64,000 nt of DNA from Pseudomonadota bacterium. Its GTDB lineage: Bacteria; Desulfobacterota; Desulfobacteria; Desulfobacterales; JBDRRP01. Position 1 is the first letter of the stretch, and each line of letters begins with the position of its first letter. Shown piece after piece: positions 48,108 through 56,909 of the stretch. A program made the position numbers and the translations under genes. The DNA lies in assembly GCA_043825735.1 (NCBI GenBank), contig JBDRRP010000125.1:1-64000 (forward strand). Direction: 5' to 3'. Below the pieces are notes generated by a model. It was not told the DNA's origin. It was given only the letters and a program-made list of their open reading frames with translations, and ran no database searches.

Positions 48108-49961
48108 ATGGCACAACTACTATCCGACCGGCGGGACATGGATTTTGCGCTTTTCGAGCAACTGGGTCTGGAAGACCTGCTCTCCCACGAGAAGTTCGCA
48201 GAGCTCAACAAAAAGACCGTGGGACTGATCCTGAACGAGGCCCGGAATCTGGCGGTCAACGAAATCCACCCCACCAACCCGGCCGGAGACCGCGAGGGCT
48301 GCGTCTTTGAAAACGGCACGGTCACCGTCCCCGAATCCTTTCATCGGGCCTTTGAGCTTTTTCGAGAAGGCGAGTGGATCGCCCTGTTTGACGACCCCGA
48401 GGTCGGGGGGCAGGGACTGCCGGTCATGGTCGCCTCGGCCGTGGGCGAATACTTCACGGCCGCCAACTGCGCCTTCGGCATGTACCCGGGGCTCTGCCAC
48501 GGTGCGGGAAAACTCATCGAAGTCTTCGGCACCGAAGAACAAAAGGCCCTCTTTCTGGGAAAGATGTACGCCGGCCAGTGGGGCGGCTCCATGCTGCTCA
48601 CCGAGCCCGAGGCCGGCAGTGATGTGGGGGCGTTGACCACCTCGGCAAAGAAGCTCGATGACGGTACCTATGCCATTTCCGGCAGCAAGATATTTATTAC
48701 CGGCGGTGAGCAGAACCTGACCGAGAACATCATCCATCCGGTGCTGGCCCGCATCGAGGGCGCACCGGAAGGCACCAAGGGGATCAGCCTGTTTATCGTT
48801 CCAAAGATCCGGGTCAACGCCGACGGCAGCCTGGGCGAATCCAACGATGTGGTGTGTACCGGTATCGAGGAAAAGATGGGCATCCACGGATCGGCCACCT
48901 GCAGCCTCACACTGGGCGGAAAGGGAAAGTGCCGGGGCGAACTCCTGGGTGAAGAGAACAAGGGCATGCGGGCCATGTTCCACATGATGAACGAAGCCCG
49001 GCTGGGGGTGGGTATCCAGGGATTCTCCATGGCATCGGCCGCGTTCATGTACGCCATGAACTATGCCCGGGAGCGGCGCCAGGGGCGGCATCTTTTAAAG
49101 ATGATGGCGCCCGGCGCGCCCGCGGTACCGATCATCCAGCATCCGGATGTGCGGCGCATGCTGATGTGGATGAAGGCGTATGTCGAGGGCATGCGCAGTT
49201 TCATTTACTACGTGGGACGCTGCTTCGACCGGCAGGCAGTCACCGACGATGCTGCCGCCAAGGATGCCTTCACCGGTCTCGTGGAGGTGCTCACCCCCAT
49301 CGTCAAGGCCTATTGCACGGACAAGGCCGTCGAGGTGTGCTCACAGGCGGTTCAGGTTTACGGCGGCTACGGCTACACCGGCGAATATCCGGTGGAGCAG
49401 TATCTGCGCGACTGCCGGATCACCCCGATCTACGAAGGCACCAACGGCATCCAGGCCATGGACCTTCTGGGGCGCAAAATGGGCATGAAAAAGGGCAAGT
49501 ATTTTCTGGATCTGCTCGGCGAGATGCAAAAAACCATTGCCGAGGCCAAGGCCATTCCGGCGCTGGAGGATCTGGCCCTGCGGGTGGAGGCTGCCGTCAA
49601 CCGCCTGGGTGAGACGGCCATGACCCTGGGCGGTACGACCATGTCTCCACGGGTACTATCGGCCTTTGCCTACGCCAAGCCGTTTCTCGATGCGATGGGG
49701 GACGTGATCCTGGCGTGGATGCATCTGTGGCGGGCCGTGGTGGCCGCGCCCAAACTGGAAAAACTCGTCGGCACTCTGGAGCCGGCCGCGCGCCGGGAAA
49801 AAGCCGGCGCCAACAAGAACGCGGCCTTTTACGAAGGGGTGCTCGCTACGGCGACCTTTTTTATCAAGACCGTTTTACCAGAGACCATGGGCCGCATGCA
49901 GGTGATCGCCGAGGCCGACGACTGCATCGTGGATATGCCGGAGACGGCATTCCCGTCCTGA
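48108..49961 (+). CDS. Long (~600 aa) acyl-CoA dehydrogenase, paralog of 32333-34189
   Basis: LTEPEAGSD, KMGIHGSAT, IYEGTNGIQAMDLLGRK. Confidence 0.93.
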   Translation: MAQLLSDRRDMDFALFEQLGLEDLLSHEKFAELNKKTVGLILNEARNLAVNEIHPTNPAGDREGCVFENGTVTVPESFHRAFELFREGEWIALFDDPEVGGQGLPVMVASAVGEYFTAANCAFGMYPGLCHGAGKLIEVFGTEEQKALFLGKMYAGQWGGSMLLTEPEAGSDVGALTTSAKKLDDGTYAISGSKIFITGGEQNLTENIIHPVLARIEGAPEGTKGISLFIVPKIRVNADGSLGESNDVVCTGIEEKMGIHGSATCSLTLGGKGKCRGELLGEENKGMRAMFHMMNEARLGVGIQGFSMASAAFMYAMNYARERRQGRHLLKMMAPGAPAVPIIQHPDVRRMLMWMKAYVEGMRSFIYYVGRCFDRQAVTDDAAAKDAFTGLVEVLTPIVKAYCTDKAVEVCSQAVQVYGGYGYTGEYPVEQYLRDCRITPIYEGTNGIQAMDLLGRKMGMKKGKYFLDLLGEMQKTIAEAKAIPALEDLALRVEAAVNRLGETAMTLGGTTMSPRVLSAFAYAKPFLDAMGDVILAWMHLWRAVVAAPKLEKLVGTLEPAARREKAGANKNAAFYEGVLATATFFIKTVLPETMGRMQVIAEADDCIVDMPETAFPS

Positions 49962-49962
49962 C

Positions 49963-50192
49963 GTGTCCATTCACAGACGGCATCTTTGCCTTAGAAACCC
50001 TGCGCTTCGCGCAGGGTTCCAGGCGAAAAACATGGCCCCTGGCGGCTTTCTCGCTCTTTGCAATCCTCAGGTTTTTCGTCTGGAACCCGGTGGTGTGTAC
50101 CGGGTTTCCAAGACAATAGGAAAACTATGCCTGCGGTTGCAAATCGCTCGGGCCTTGCCAGGAGCCAAAACCTACCGCTTGTGAACGGACAC
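49963..50192. repeat. Family A element, copy 4, with two nested hairpin inserts
   Basis: GTGTCCATTCACAGACGG / CCGCTTGTGAACGGACAC; inserts at 49987-50027 and 50075-50115. Confidence 0.8.
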
Positions 50193-50517
50193 GAATCGAT
50201 GTTCATAGCCGAAATGCCTGCCGCGGATAACCCGGGGGGGGATAGCAGTACCACGGCAGGCTGGAGGGAAGGCGCCGGGTGCCCTGAATGGGCATCCGGC
50301 GTCCATTTTGATTAATTCATCAATCCGTTTCTCTATGAAGCGCCATATTAACCTCAAAGACCGGTGCCCCCGATGGCATTGTGATCACCACGGCGTCACG
50401 AAGGGCACGGAGAAACTCAAAAGGTGTTGATTTTGGTCTTGAAATTCAGCTGTGATCCTGTTATCTGATCCGTTCGTATTTGGCGGTGCCTGCCGCCGGA
50501 GCGGATCAACCCCGTGT

Positions 50518-50602
50518 GGTGGGGTTCCCGAGTGGTCAAAGGGATCAGACTGTAAATCTGACGGCGAAGCCTTCGGAGGTTCAAATCCTCCCCCCACCAC
50601 CA
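50518..50602 (+). tRNA. tRNA-Tyr (GTA)
   Basis: Cloverleaf; anticodon loop CTGTAAA; long variable arm; TTCAAAT T-loop; encoded CCA. Confidence 0.96.
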
Positions 50603-50629
50603 CCTTTTCTCCCTCTCTCGCTCATTTTC

Positions 50630-50707
50630 GTCCCCATCGTCTAGCCCGGTCCAGGACACCGGCCTTTCACGCCGGCGACAGGGGTTCGAATCCCCTTGGG
50701 GACGCCA
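50630..50707 (+). tRNA. tRNA-Glu (TTC)
   Basis: Cloverleaf; anticodon loop CTTTCAC; GGTTCGAATCC; encoded CCA. Confidence 0.96.
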
Positions 50708-50710
50708 AAT

Positions 50711-50753
50711 AAACAATGGCCGACCAGATTCGATCTGGTCGGCCGTTTTATTT
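50711..50753 (+). terminator. Intrinsic terminator after the tRNA pair
   Basis: GGCCGACCAGAT-TCG-ATCTGGTCGGCC followed by GTTTTATTT. Confidence 0.85.
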
Positions 50754-51017
50754 AGCGTCGGCAATCCGGGGCGTGTACCGGCGAAGTTCAGGCACTGGGA
50801 TCACTTCATTCGGTCTTCCTTGCTGATCGGACCCAGTCGGTGCTGTCTTTCAAGGCGGTTAAGAAATGGGCGAAGACGCAGCGCCTGGCAACCCGCCGGC
50901 CACAATGAGCAAACCATAAATTTATGGATATGTATTACCATCAAGTTCCCAAGGGATCATCCCATCAGTGTGTCAAGTTCTTATTGACATGGCCGACAAC
51001 GGGATATAGTGTCTTTT

Positions 51018-51084
51018 CAAGGTACTACCCCTGTGGTTTCGACCCAGGGCGCGGGGCCGCGTCTTGCGGCCCCTGCTTTTTGTG
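51018..51084 (+). ncRNA. Candidate small structured RNA or attenuator upstream of the NYN gene
   Basis: TTGACA-17-TAGTGT promoter at 50984-51012; UUCG-capped hairpin; GGGGCCGC/GCGGCCCC stem followed by a T-tract. Confidence 0.45.
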
Positions 51085-51095
51085 CTTCCCATCCT

Positions 51096-51597
51096 ATGCG
51101 AACCTACATATACATTGACGGATTCAATTTTTATTACCGCGCTGTCCGGAACACTCCATTCAAGTGGCTTGATTTAAAAGAATTTTTCACGAAACTGCTC
51201 AGTCCCGCAAACCAGATCCTGTCCATCAAATATTTTACAGCCCGTGTGACTGGAAAGTTTGACCCGGATCAGCCTATCCGTCAAAAAACCTATCTACGCG
51301 CTTTACAGAAGCACATCCCAGAAATTTCCATTTATTACGGGCACTTTTTGTCAAACAAGGTGTATGCTCCATTGGCCACTCCGATTGGAAGTCAGCGATC
51401 TTTCGGAAGCCATGCGATTGGTAAAGGAACAGAACAAAAAGACAATTGGACTGATAATGCCTGGGAAGGGCCATCCTTCCAAGGAACTAATGCGCCATGC
51501 GCATTTTACCAAGCGTGTCCGCACAGGGCTCCTCGCGGCATCACAACTTCCAAGCCCTATCCCCGGAACGACAATCTCCAAACCCGCCTCCTGGTGA
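51096..51597 (+). pseudogene. NYN (LabA/DUF88, PIN-like) nuclease with internal deletion and frameshift
   Basis: MRTYIYIDGFNFYY..YFTA..Q..YL.AL start; C-terminus SDLSEAM..SQLP..KP.SW in another frame; the central EKxxD..ND segment is absent. Confidence 0.8.
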
Positions 51598-51792
51598 CCA
51601 TATCCAACAATGATTAATTCAGAATGAGTGGTGGGTTCTTATGCCGATTGGTTGGGTATAATTTGTGGTATTTACAGCGTTCTATATAAGGCGGATATAA
51701 CAAAACGGGTAGATTGGGAGAACCTTTGAAAACGCCAAATAAACAATGGCCGACCAGACTGCTGGGCGGCCATTTTTTATCGGATTTCGTTC

Positions 51793-51981
51793 TCACTGGG
51801 CATATAAGACCTCTGCCGATTCGACGACCTGCTGCCGGAAATAGCGGCTCAGGTCTTCCTTGGTGCGCAGATCCACTTTTCGTCCGTTGAAAAGTGCGGC
51901 CAGTTCCCGTTCCATCCGGGTAATGCCGAACAAGCCGGGAGTATTGCCAGGGGCGAATGCCACCAGCACGTCGATGTCACT
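51793..51981 (-). pseudogene. 3' fragment of MNT-family nucleotidyltransferase (MntA-like antitoxin)
   Basis: [12 protein letters not shown]...[27 protein letters not shown]; no start and no N-terminal GS motif. Confidence 0.75.
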
Positions 51982-52000
51982 GTATCAGCAATCATCGGCC

Positions 52001-52120
52001 TCAGCCCACTTGCAGAACAATCTTTCCGATGTTTCGGTTTTCCTCCATTGCGCGGTGCGCCTCGGCAACCTGCTCCCAGGGCAGGATCCGGTCGACGATC
52101 GGTTTCAGATCGCCGGTGTC
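52001..52120 (-). pseudogene. C-terminal fragment of zeta-crystallin-type quinone oxidoreductase
   Basis: GDLKPIVDRILPWEQVAEAHRAMEENRNIGKIVLQVG* with no upstream body. Confidence 0.65.
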
Positions 52121-52439
52121 CGGAAGCCCGAACGCGATCGAACCGCGCACCACGAAGGCTCAAAACCACTGTCGTTGACAATGATCGTGATCTCACAATT
52201 GAACCGAAAAGCGCGTTTGTCCAGTTTGGCCTTTCCCACCGCGGGGGAAATATGGATTGCGGCCAGAAAGCGGGTTGTCTATAAACGCAGGCAAGGGGAA
52301 AGCAGTGCGCTCATACACGGGGTGTTGGTGTGAAGTCTTTACGCCCGGTATCGGTGTTGAGCCTCCGCCCCGATCATGAACAGGAATTCGAATTTTAAGA
52401 CGGCTTGTAATGAAACCGCCGACAAGGAAGGGCGCAACC

Positions 52440-53363
52440 ATGATTTTCGATCAACCGGGGAAGGTGACGGAGCGAATATGGCTGGTGGGAAGAAGGGAGT
52501 CTTGCGCCTATCTGGTGGGCGGGGGCGGTGACTATGCCCTTTTGGGCGGGGCCATGGCTTATGTGGCGCCCGATGTGCTTGCCCAGATAGCGGCATTCGG
52601 CATTGGAGAGAAAGAAATCCGCCGGATCGTGATCCTGCACAGCCATTTCGATCACTGCGGCATGGTGCCGTTTTTGAAGCGCCGCTGGCCATGGGCCGTA
52701 GTCACGGCATCGGAGCGGGGCCGGGACCTGCTCAAAAAGCAAAAGGTCGTCGACAGCATCGAACTGCTCAACCGGGCCATGATCGCGCAAAACGGCCTGG
52801 CCGATGGCGGGCAAAAGCTTGATCTGGGTTTTTTTGGCATGGATGTGGATGCGGTCGTCAAAGACGGTGACGTGCTGGCCTGCAGCGATCTTTCTTTACA
52901 GATCCTGGAGGTGCCGGGGCATTCGTCTTGCTCCATTGCGGTCTACGTGCCCGAAGAAAAAGCCCTGTTTGCTTCCGATGCCGGAGGTATCCCTGTTGGT
53001 GACAGGGTATTTACAGCGGCCAATTCCAATTTCGACCGCTACCAGCAGAGTCTGGAAAAAATGGCCCGGCTGGATGTGGAAATCCACCTGGCAGAGCACT
53101 ACGGCGCCTTGGCCGGTGAGGCCGGCCGGGGGTTTTCGAAAAAAGCCATGACTGCGGCGGCCGAAACCCGTGAGGCGCTGGAAGCGGCGTATGCCGAGTC
53201 CCGCGACGAGGCGACGGCGACCGAGGCGGTGACGGATTTGATGATGGACGGCGCGCCGCTCGGTTTTCTTCCCCGGGAGGTCGTGGCCATGGTCGCCGGC
53301 CAGATGGTGCGCTTTATCGCAAAAAAGACCGGTGGATCCCTTAAAGAGGGGCGCATAGAATAG
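52440..53363 (+). CDS. MBL-fold metallo-hydrolase
   Basis: HSHFDH, PGHS, ASDA, EHYG. Confidence 0.88.
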   Translation: MIFDQPGKVTERIWLVGRRESCAYLVGGGGDYALLGGAMAYVAPDVLAQIAAFGIGEKEIRRIVILHSHFDHCGMVPFLKRRWPWAVVTASERGRDLLKKQKVVDSIELLNRAMIAQNGLADGGQKLDLGFFGMDVDAVVKDGDVLACSDLSLQILEVPGHSSCSIAVYVPEEKALFASDAGGIPVGDRVFTAANSNFDRYQQSLEKMARLDVEIHLAEHYGALAGEAGRGFSKKAMTAAAETREALEAAYAESRDEATATEAVTDLMMDGAPLGFLPREVVAMVAGQMVRFIAKKTGGSLKEGRIE

Positions 53364-53579
53364 GGAATTTGTCGGGTGAATATCGACGATGCCATCTGCG
53401 TGGAGGGCCTTCTCGCAGGAAAACGCAAAGACAGGTATTTCATCTCTGGATACATCTTACCATCTGTCGCGTCCCCGGTTTCTTTCCGGCATCTTGAATC
53501 GAACCCGATGCGCACTATTGTATGACAACCGCCGCGCGGCGTCGGTGGTATTCTGCCATCCATAGGGAGGGACTCGAAA

Positions 53580-54608
53580 ATGAAATACAACCAGCTGGGC
53601 CGGACCGGCCTGCTCGTATCCGAGCTTTGTTTTGGGACCATGACGTTCGGCGGGAAAGGCTTTTGGACCGTGATCGGTCAGTTGCCGCAGGCGGCGGCCG
53701 ACAATCTGGTCGCCAGGGCGCTGGAGGCCGGCGTGAACTTCTTCGACACGGCGGACATCTATTCCGAGGGGGAGTCCGAGAAAATACTGGGCAGGGCGCT
53801 GGGAAAACGGCGCAAGGACGTGGTGCTGGCCACCAAGGTCCACGGACGCATGGGCGAAGGGCCCAACGAGATCGGCCTGTCGCGCGGGCACATCATGCAG
53901 GCCGTCGATGACAGCCTGACCCGCCTGGGCACCGATTTCATCGATTTGTACCAGATCCACGGCTTCGATTCCCTTACACCGCTGGAGGAAACCCTGCGGG
54001 CCCTGGACGATCTGGTGCGTTGCGGCAAGGTGCGCTATATCGGGTGCTCCAATCTGGCCGCATGGCAGCTCATGAAATCCCTTTGGGTGTCGGACAGGTA
54101 CAACCTGCACCGGTTCGAGACGCTGCAGGCCTACTACACCATTGCCGGGCGCGATCTGGAGCGTGAAATTGTGCCGCTTCTGGCGGATCAGAACATCGGC
54201 CTGATGGTGTGGAGCCCGCTGGCCGGCGGATTGCTCTCGGGTAAATTCAATCGTGAAGGCAAGGGGCCGGAAAAAACGCGCCGGGCCGATTTTGATTTCC
54301 CGCCGGTGGAAAGGGAGCGCGCATTTTCCGCGGTGGATGTGATGGCTGAGATGGCCGCGGCCCGGGGCGCCTCCGTGGCCCAGATCGCCCTGAGCTGGCT
54401 GCTGCACCAGAAAGCGGTCACCAGTGTGATCATCGGCGCAAAGAGCGAGGCGCAGCTTGCCGACAACCTGGCCGCGCCGCAAGTCACACTTTCCGCCGAA
54501 GACCTCGCGCGACTGGACGGCGTCAGTGCGCTGCCTCCCGAGTACCCCGGCTGGATGATCGCCCGGCAGGCGGCGAACCGCGCTCCGCAGGCCCCGGAAA
54601 GCGACTGA
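53580..54608 (+). CDS. Aldo/keto reductase
   Basis: LG.TGL.VSELCFGTM, DTADIY, LATK, IDLYQIH, WSPLAGG. Confidence 0.93.
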   Translation: MKYNQLGRTGLLVSELCFGTMTFGGKGFWTVIGQLPQAAADNLVARALEAGVNFFDTADIYSEGESEKILGRALGKRRKDVVLATKVHGRMGEGPNEIGLSRGHIMQAVDDSLTRLGTDFIDLYQIHGFDSLTPLEETLRALDDLVRCGKVRYIGCSNLAAWQLMKSLWVSDRYNLHRFETLQAYYTIAGRDLEREIVPLLADQNIGLMVWSPLAGGLLSGKFNREGKGPEKTRRADFDFPPVERERAFSAVDVMAEMAAARGASVAQIALSWLLHQKAVTSVIIGAKSEAQLADNLAAPQVTLSAEDLARLDGVSALPPEYPGWMIARQAANRAPQAPESD

Positions 54609-54645
54609 AAATCACAGGGCAATCGGAGACCAGCGCTGTGAAAGA

Positions 54646-55044
54646 CTACAGCGGCGTCAGCGTCTTCAAGGATAGATGGGCAGCGATGGGGTCGAAATCG
54701 CGATCATCGTGGAGCAGCGTCAACCCCTCCATGATGCAGAATGTCCCAATGATGACATCAATTGTTTTGCGGACGGTGAGGCCTGCTTTTCGAAGGCGGC
54801 GATAATTCCGGGCACTTTGAATGGCGACATCGTATCCGCCGATCTGCCGGAACGAAAGCACACTGAGAAAATCCTTGGCTTTCAAGAATTCTTTGTCGGA
54901 CCTGAATCCCTGGAGGATTTCTGTCAGGATTAAGTCGCCCATGACGATGGGGACCGTTGAAAGGCATCGGTCGAGCATTCCGGTCTGCCATGTGGTCGTG
55001 CCGTTGAAATAGTCGATCCATACGGACGAGTCAACCAGGATCAC
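54646..55044 (-). CDS. vapC: VapC-family PIN-domain toxin
   Basis: ILVDSSVWI, EILQG, KTIDVII, LLHDDRDF; GTG start overlaps the antitoxin stop. Confidence 0.9.
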   Translation of the reverse strand: MILVDSSVWIDYFNGTTTWQTGMLDRCLSTVPIVMGDLILTEILQGFRSDKEFLKAKDFLSVLSFRQIGGYDVAIQSARNYRRLRKAGLTVRKTIDVIIGTFCIMEGLTLLHDDRDFDPIAAHLSLKTLTPL

Positions 55045-55235
55045 TGGTCTGTCCTCATGGCATCGAGATCGCCATCCCAGGTGAGTTTTCCGCGCAGACT
55101 CCGGATGCGTTCCTGCTTTTTCATTTGAATCAAGAGTTTCAACCCGGATTCGACAATGGCGCGTTTCGTTCTTAACCCGCAAAGTGACATGGCTTCATTC
55201 ATGAGTGCGTCATCAATGACAATATTGGTTCGCAT
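55041..55235 (-). CDS. vapB: VapB-family antitoxin
   Basis: MRTNIVIDD.LM.EA...G..TKR..VE.GL..L..LRGK..W.GDL; GGAGG RBS. Confidence 0.9.
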   Translation of the reverse strand: MRTNIVIDDALMNEAMSLCGLRTKRAIVESGLKLLIQMKKQERIRSLRGKLTWDGDLDAMRTDQ

Positions 55236-55255
55236 ATCAACGCCTCCGTTTTGGG

Positions 55256-55285
55256 ATGTGTATGACACCATTAATATATACACAT
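55256..55285. promoter_or_regulatory. Probable VapBC autoregulatory operator
   Basis: Inverted repeat ATGTGTAT-N14-ATACACAT just upstream of vapB. Confidence 0.6.
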
Positions 55286-55388
55286 GCCGGAAGCGTCAAG
55301 TGGATTAAGAGACCCTATTGTCGAACGGCGGTGCGGGGACGAGTGTAACAAGTCACCCATCATCATCGAACAACCCGAGGAGGGGATC

Positions 55389-55619
55389 ATGAAGACATCA
55401 TCGCGGATTGCAGTGGTAACGGGCGGCAGCCGGGGCCTGGGACGTAATATGGCGGTGCGCAGCAACCCGCAGCTCAATGCCTTTATCGCTTCCCAGACCG
55501 CCCTGGGCCGGGCCGGGCAGGCCGACGACATCGGCGTTATCGTTTCGTTTCTTGCCTCGGAAAACGCGCACTGGATCACCGGGCAGCGGATCGAGGCATC
55601 CGGGGGGATGTTCTTGTAG
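55389..55619 (+). pseudogene. SDR oxidoreductase with large in-frame internal deletion
   Basis: TGGSRGLG N-terminus joined directly to the ALGRAG..DDI..WITGQRIEASGG C-terminus; 76 aa; no YxxxK. Confidence 0.85.
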
Positions 55620-55690
55620 GGGGGCATTTTTCTAATGACGGTGACACTAGCGCCTTGCGCACAGCCGCCTGATTAAAATGCAGTTACCGA

Positions 55691-56710
55691 TCAACGGGGT
55701 TGCACACGCTCCCAGTCGGTTTTGGCCATGTCCAGGATTTTCAAAGACCATTCATCGGCGAGTCGTATTGTTTCCCAGGCGGGTGGATGCAGCGTTTTTT
55801 GGACCAACAACCCATCATCGTTGAACCATCTCGGCAGGAGGCCGCCGAAAAAGTAACCCTGCTGGCGCAATCTATCTACAGCCCAACCCGTCGCCGGGTC
55901 GGACAGGGGCAGCCAGACTTGAAAAACAACGGTTTTTTGATTAACGGCATCCGCTTGCTTATTGGCAAAAACGGCACTAAAGTCCGCGCCGATCTTGTGC
56001 ACGATGATCCGAACCACCTGAGCAAAGTCAAATACTTGAATCTCCAGGTTGCTTGATAATCCAGACCGGGGCGCGGTTGTGGACACTGAGACATCGCGCG
56101 GCGCGCTCAATTTTGTGTAAAGCGTTCTCAACCATTTTTCGTAAACCGATGGCAGAAACACCGGGTGTTGACGCGGGGTGAATTCGTCAAACATCATCAG
56201 TGTGCTGACGCGCCCGGCGGCGCTTTCTTCCTGAACATACGCGGCGGCCGGCATTAAATCCACTTCCACGGCGAACGTCTTCCAACCAACGCTTTGGATG
56301 GCTTTTTGAGCAAAAATATGGTTACAGACCGGTTCGCCCCAAATCGCAGAGGCTTGGAACTCTTCGACGGCCAATTGAATGCCGTGTTTTCCTAATGCCG
56401 TGAAGATACCTTTACCACCGCGGTAATGGCGATGAACAAGACCGGCACCGCTTTCAAAAATCCTGTCCGATGGGGCGCTATGGAAGATGGCGTTGTGACC
56501 GACAATATCGCCCCTGGAAGTCCTGACCACGGAAGAAACGGTTTTGTTCGCCCTATTTTCTTCTATCAGCAGGTCCGGATCGATGAACTTGCGAATCGGG
56601 TATCCATCACCGTAAACAGCGCGAAACAATTCCGTCACGCCGAGGGCATCCTCGGGGCGGAAACGATCAACGATCCAGGTTTGGTTCGGAGCGATATGAT
56701 TGGTGGCCAT
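55691..56710 (-). CDS. Hypothetical protein, possible GNAT-fold
   Basis: 339-aa ORF; GLVHRHYRGGKG resembles an acetyl-CoA binding loop. Confidence 0.6.
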   Translation of the reverse strand: MATNHIAPNQTWIVDRFRPEDALGVTELFRAVYGDGYPIRKFIDPDLLIEENRANKTVSSVVRTSRGDIVGHNAIFHSAPSDRIFESGAGLVHRHYRGGKGIFTALGKHGIQLAVEEFQASAIWGEPVCNHIFAQKAIQSVGWKTFAVEVDLMPAAAYVQEESAAGRVSTLMMFDEFTPRQHPVFLPSVYEKWLRTLYTKLSAPRDVSVSTTAPRSGLSSNLEIQVFDFAQVVRIIVHKIGADFSAVFANKQADAVNQKTVVFQVWLPLSDPATGWAVDRLRQQGYFFGGLLPRWFNDDGLLVQKTLHPPAWETIRLADEWSLKILDMAKTDWERVQPR

Positions 56711-56909
56711 GGGCGCCTTTACTATCGGTGCTGCCGGTCAATGCCCCATAACATTGGCCAGAGCAGGTATTTGTTGTCCTGCAGATGCGATCGCGCTGTC
56801 ATTTTCCGGCTGTGATGGCTCCGATTTCGGATTTATGCAAGCGATGATCGAACGGAATAATCATAGCGAATCGAAACACTGACAGCGTGATATCAAAGAA
56901 GGAGAAAAT

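Larger units (their letters stand above)
50702..51758. mobile_element. Decayed ~1 kb islet at tRNA-Glu bounded by a 27-bp direct repeat
   Basis: ACGCCAAATAAACAATGGCCGACCAGA at 50702-50728 and 51732-51758; interior visibly AT-richer; no integrase. Confidence 0.7.

Noticed and set aside
50385..50764. ORFs overlapping the tRNA genes
   Set aside because: Spurious frames across tRNA-Tyr and tRNA-Glu.
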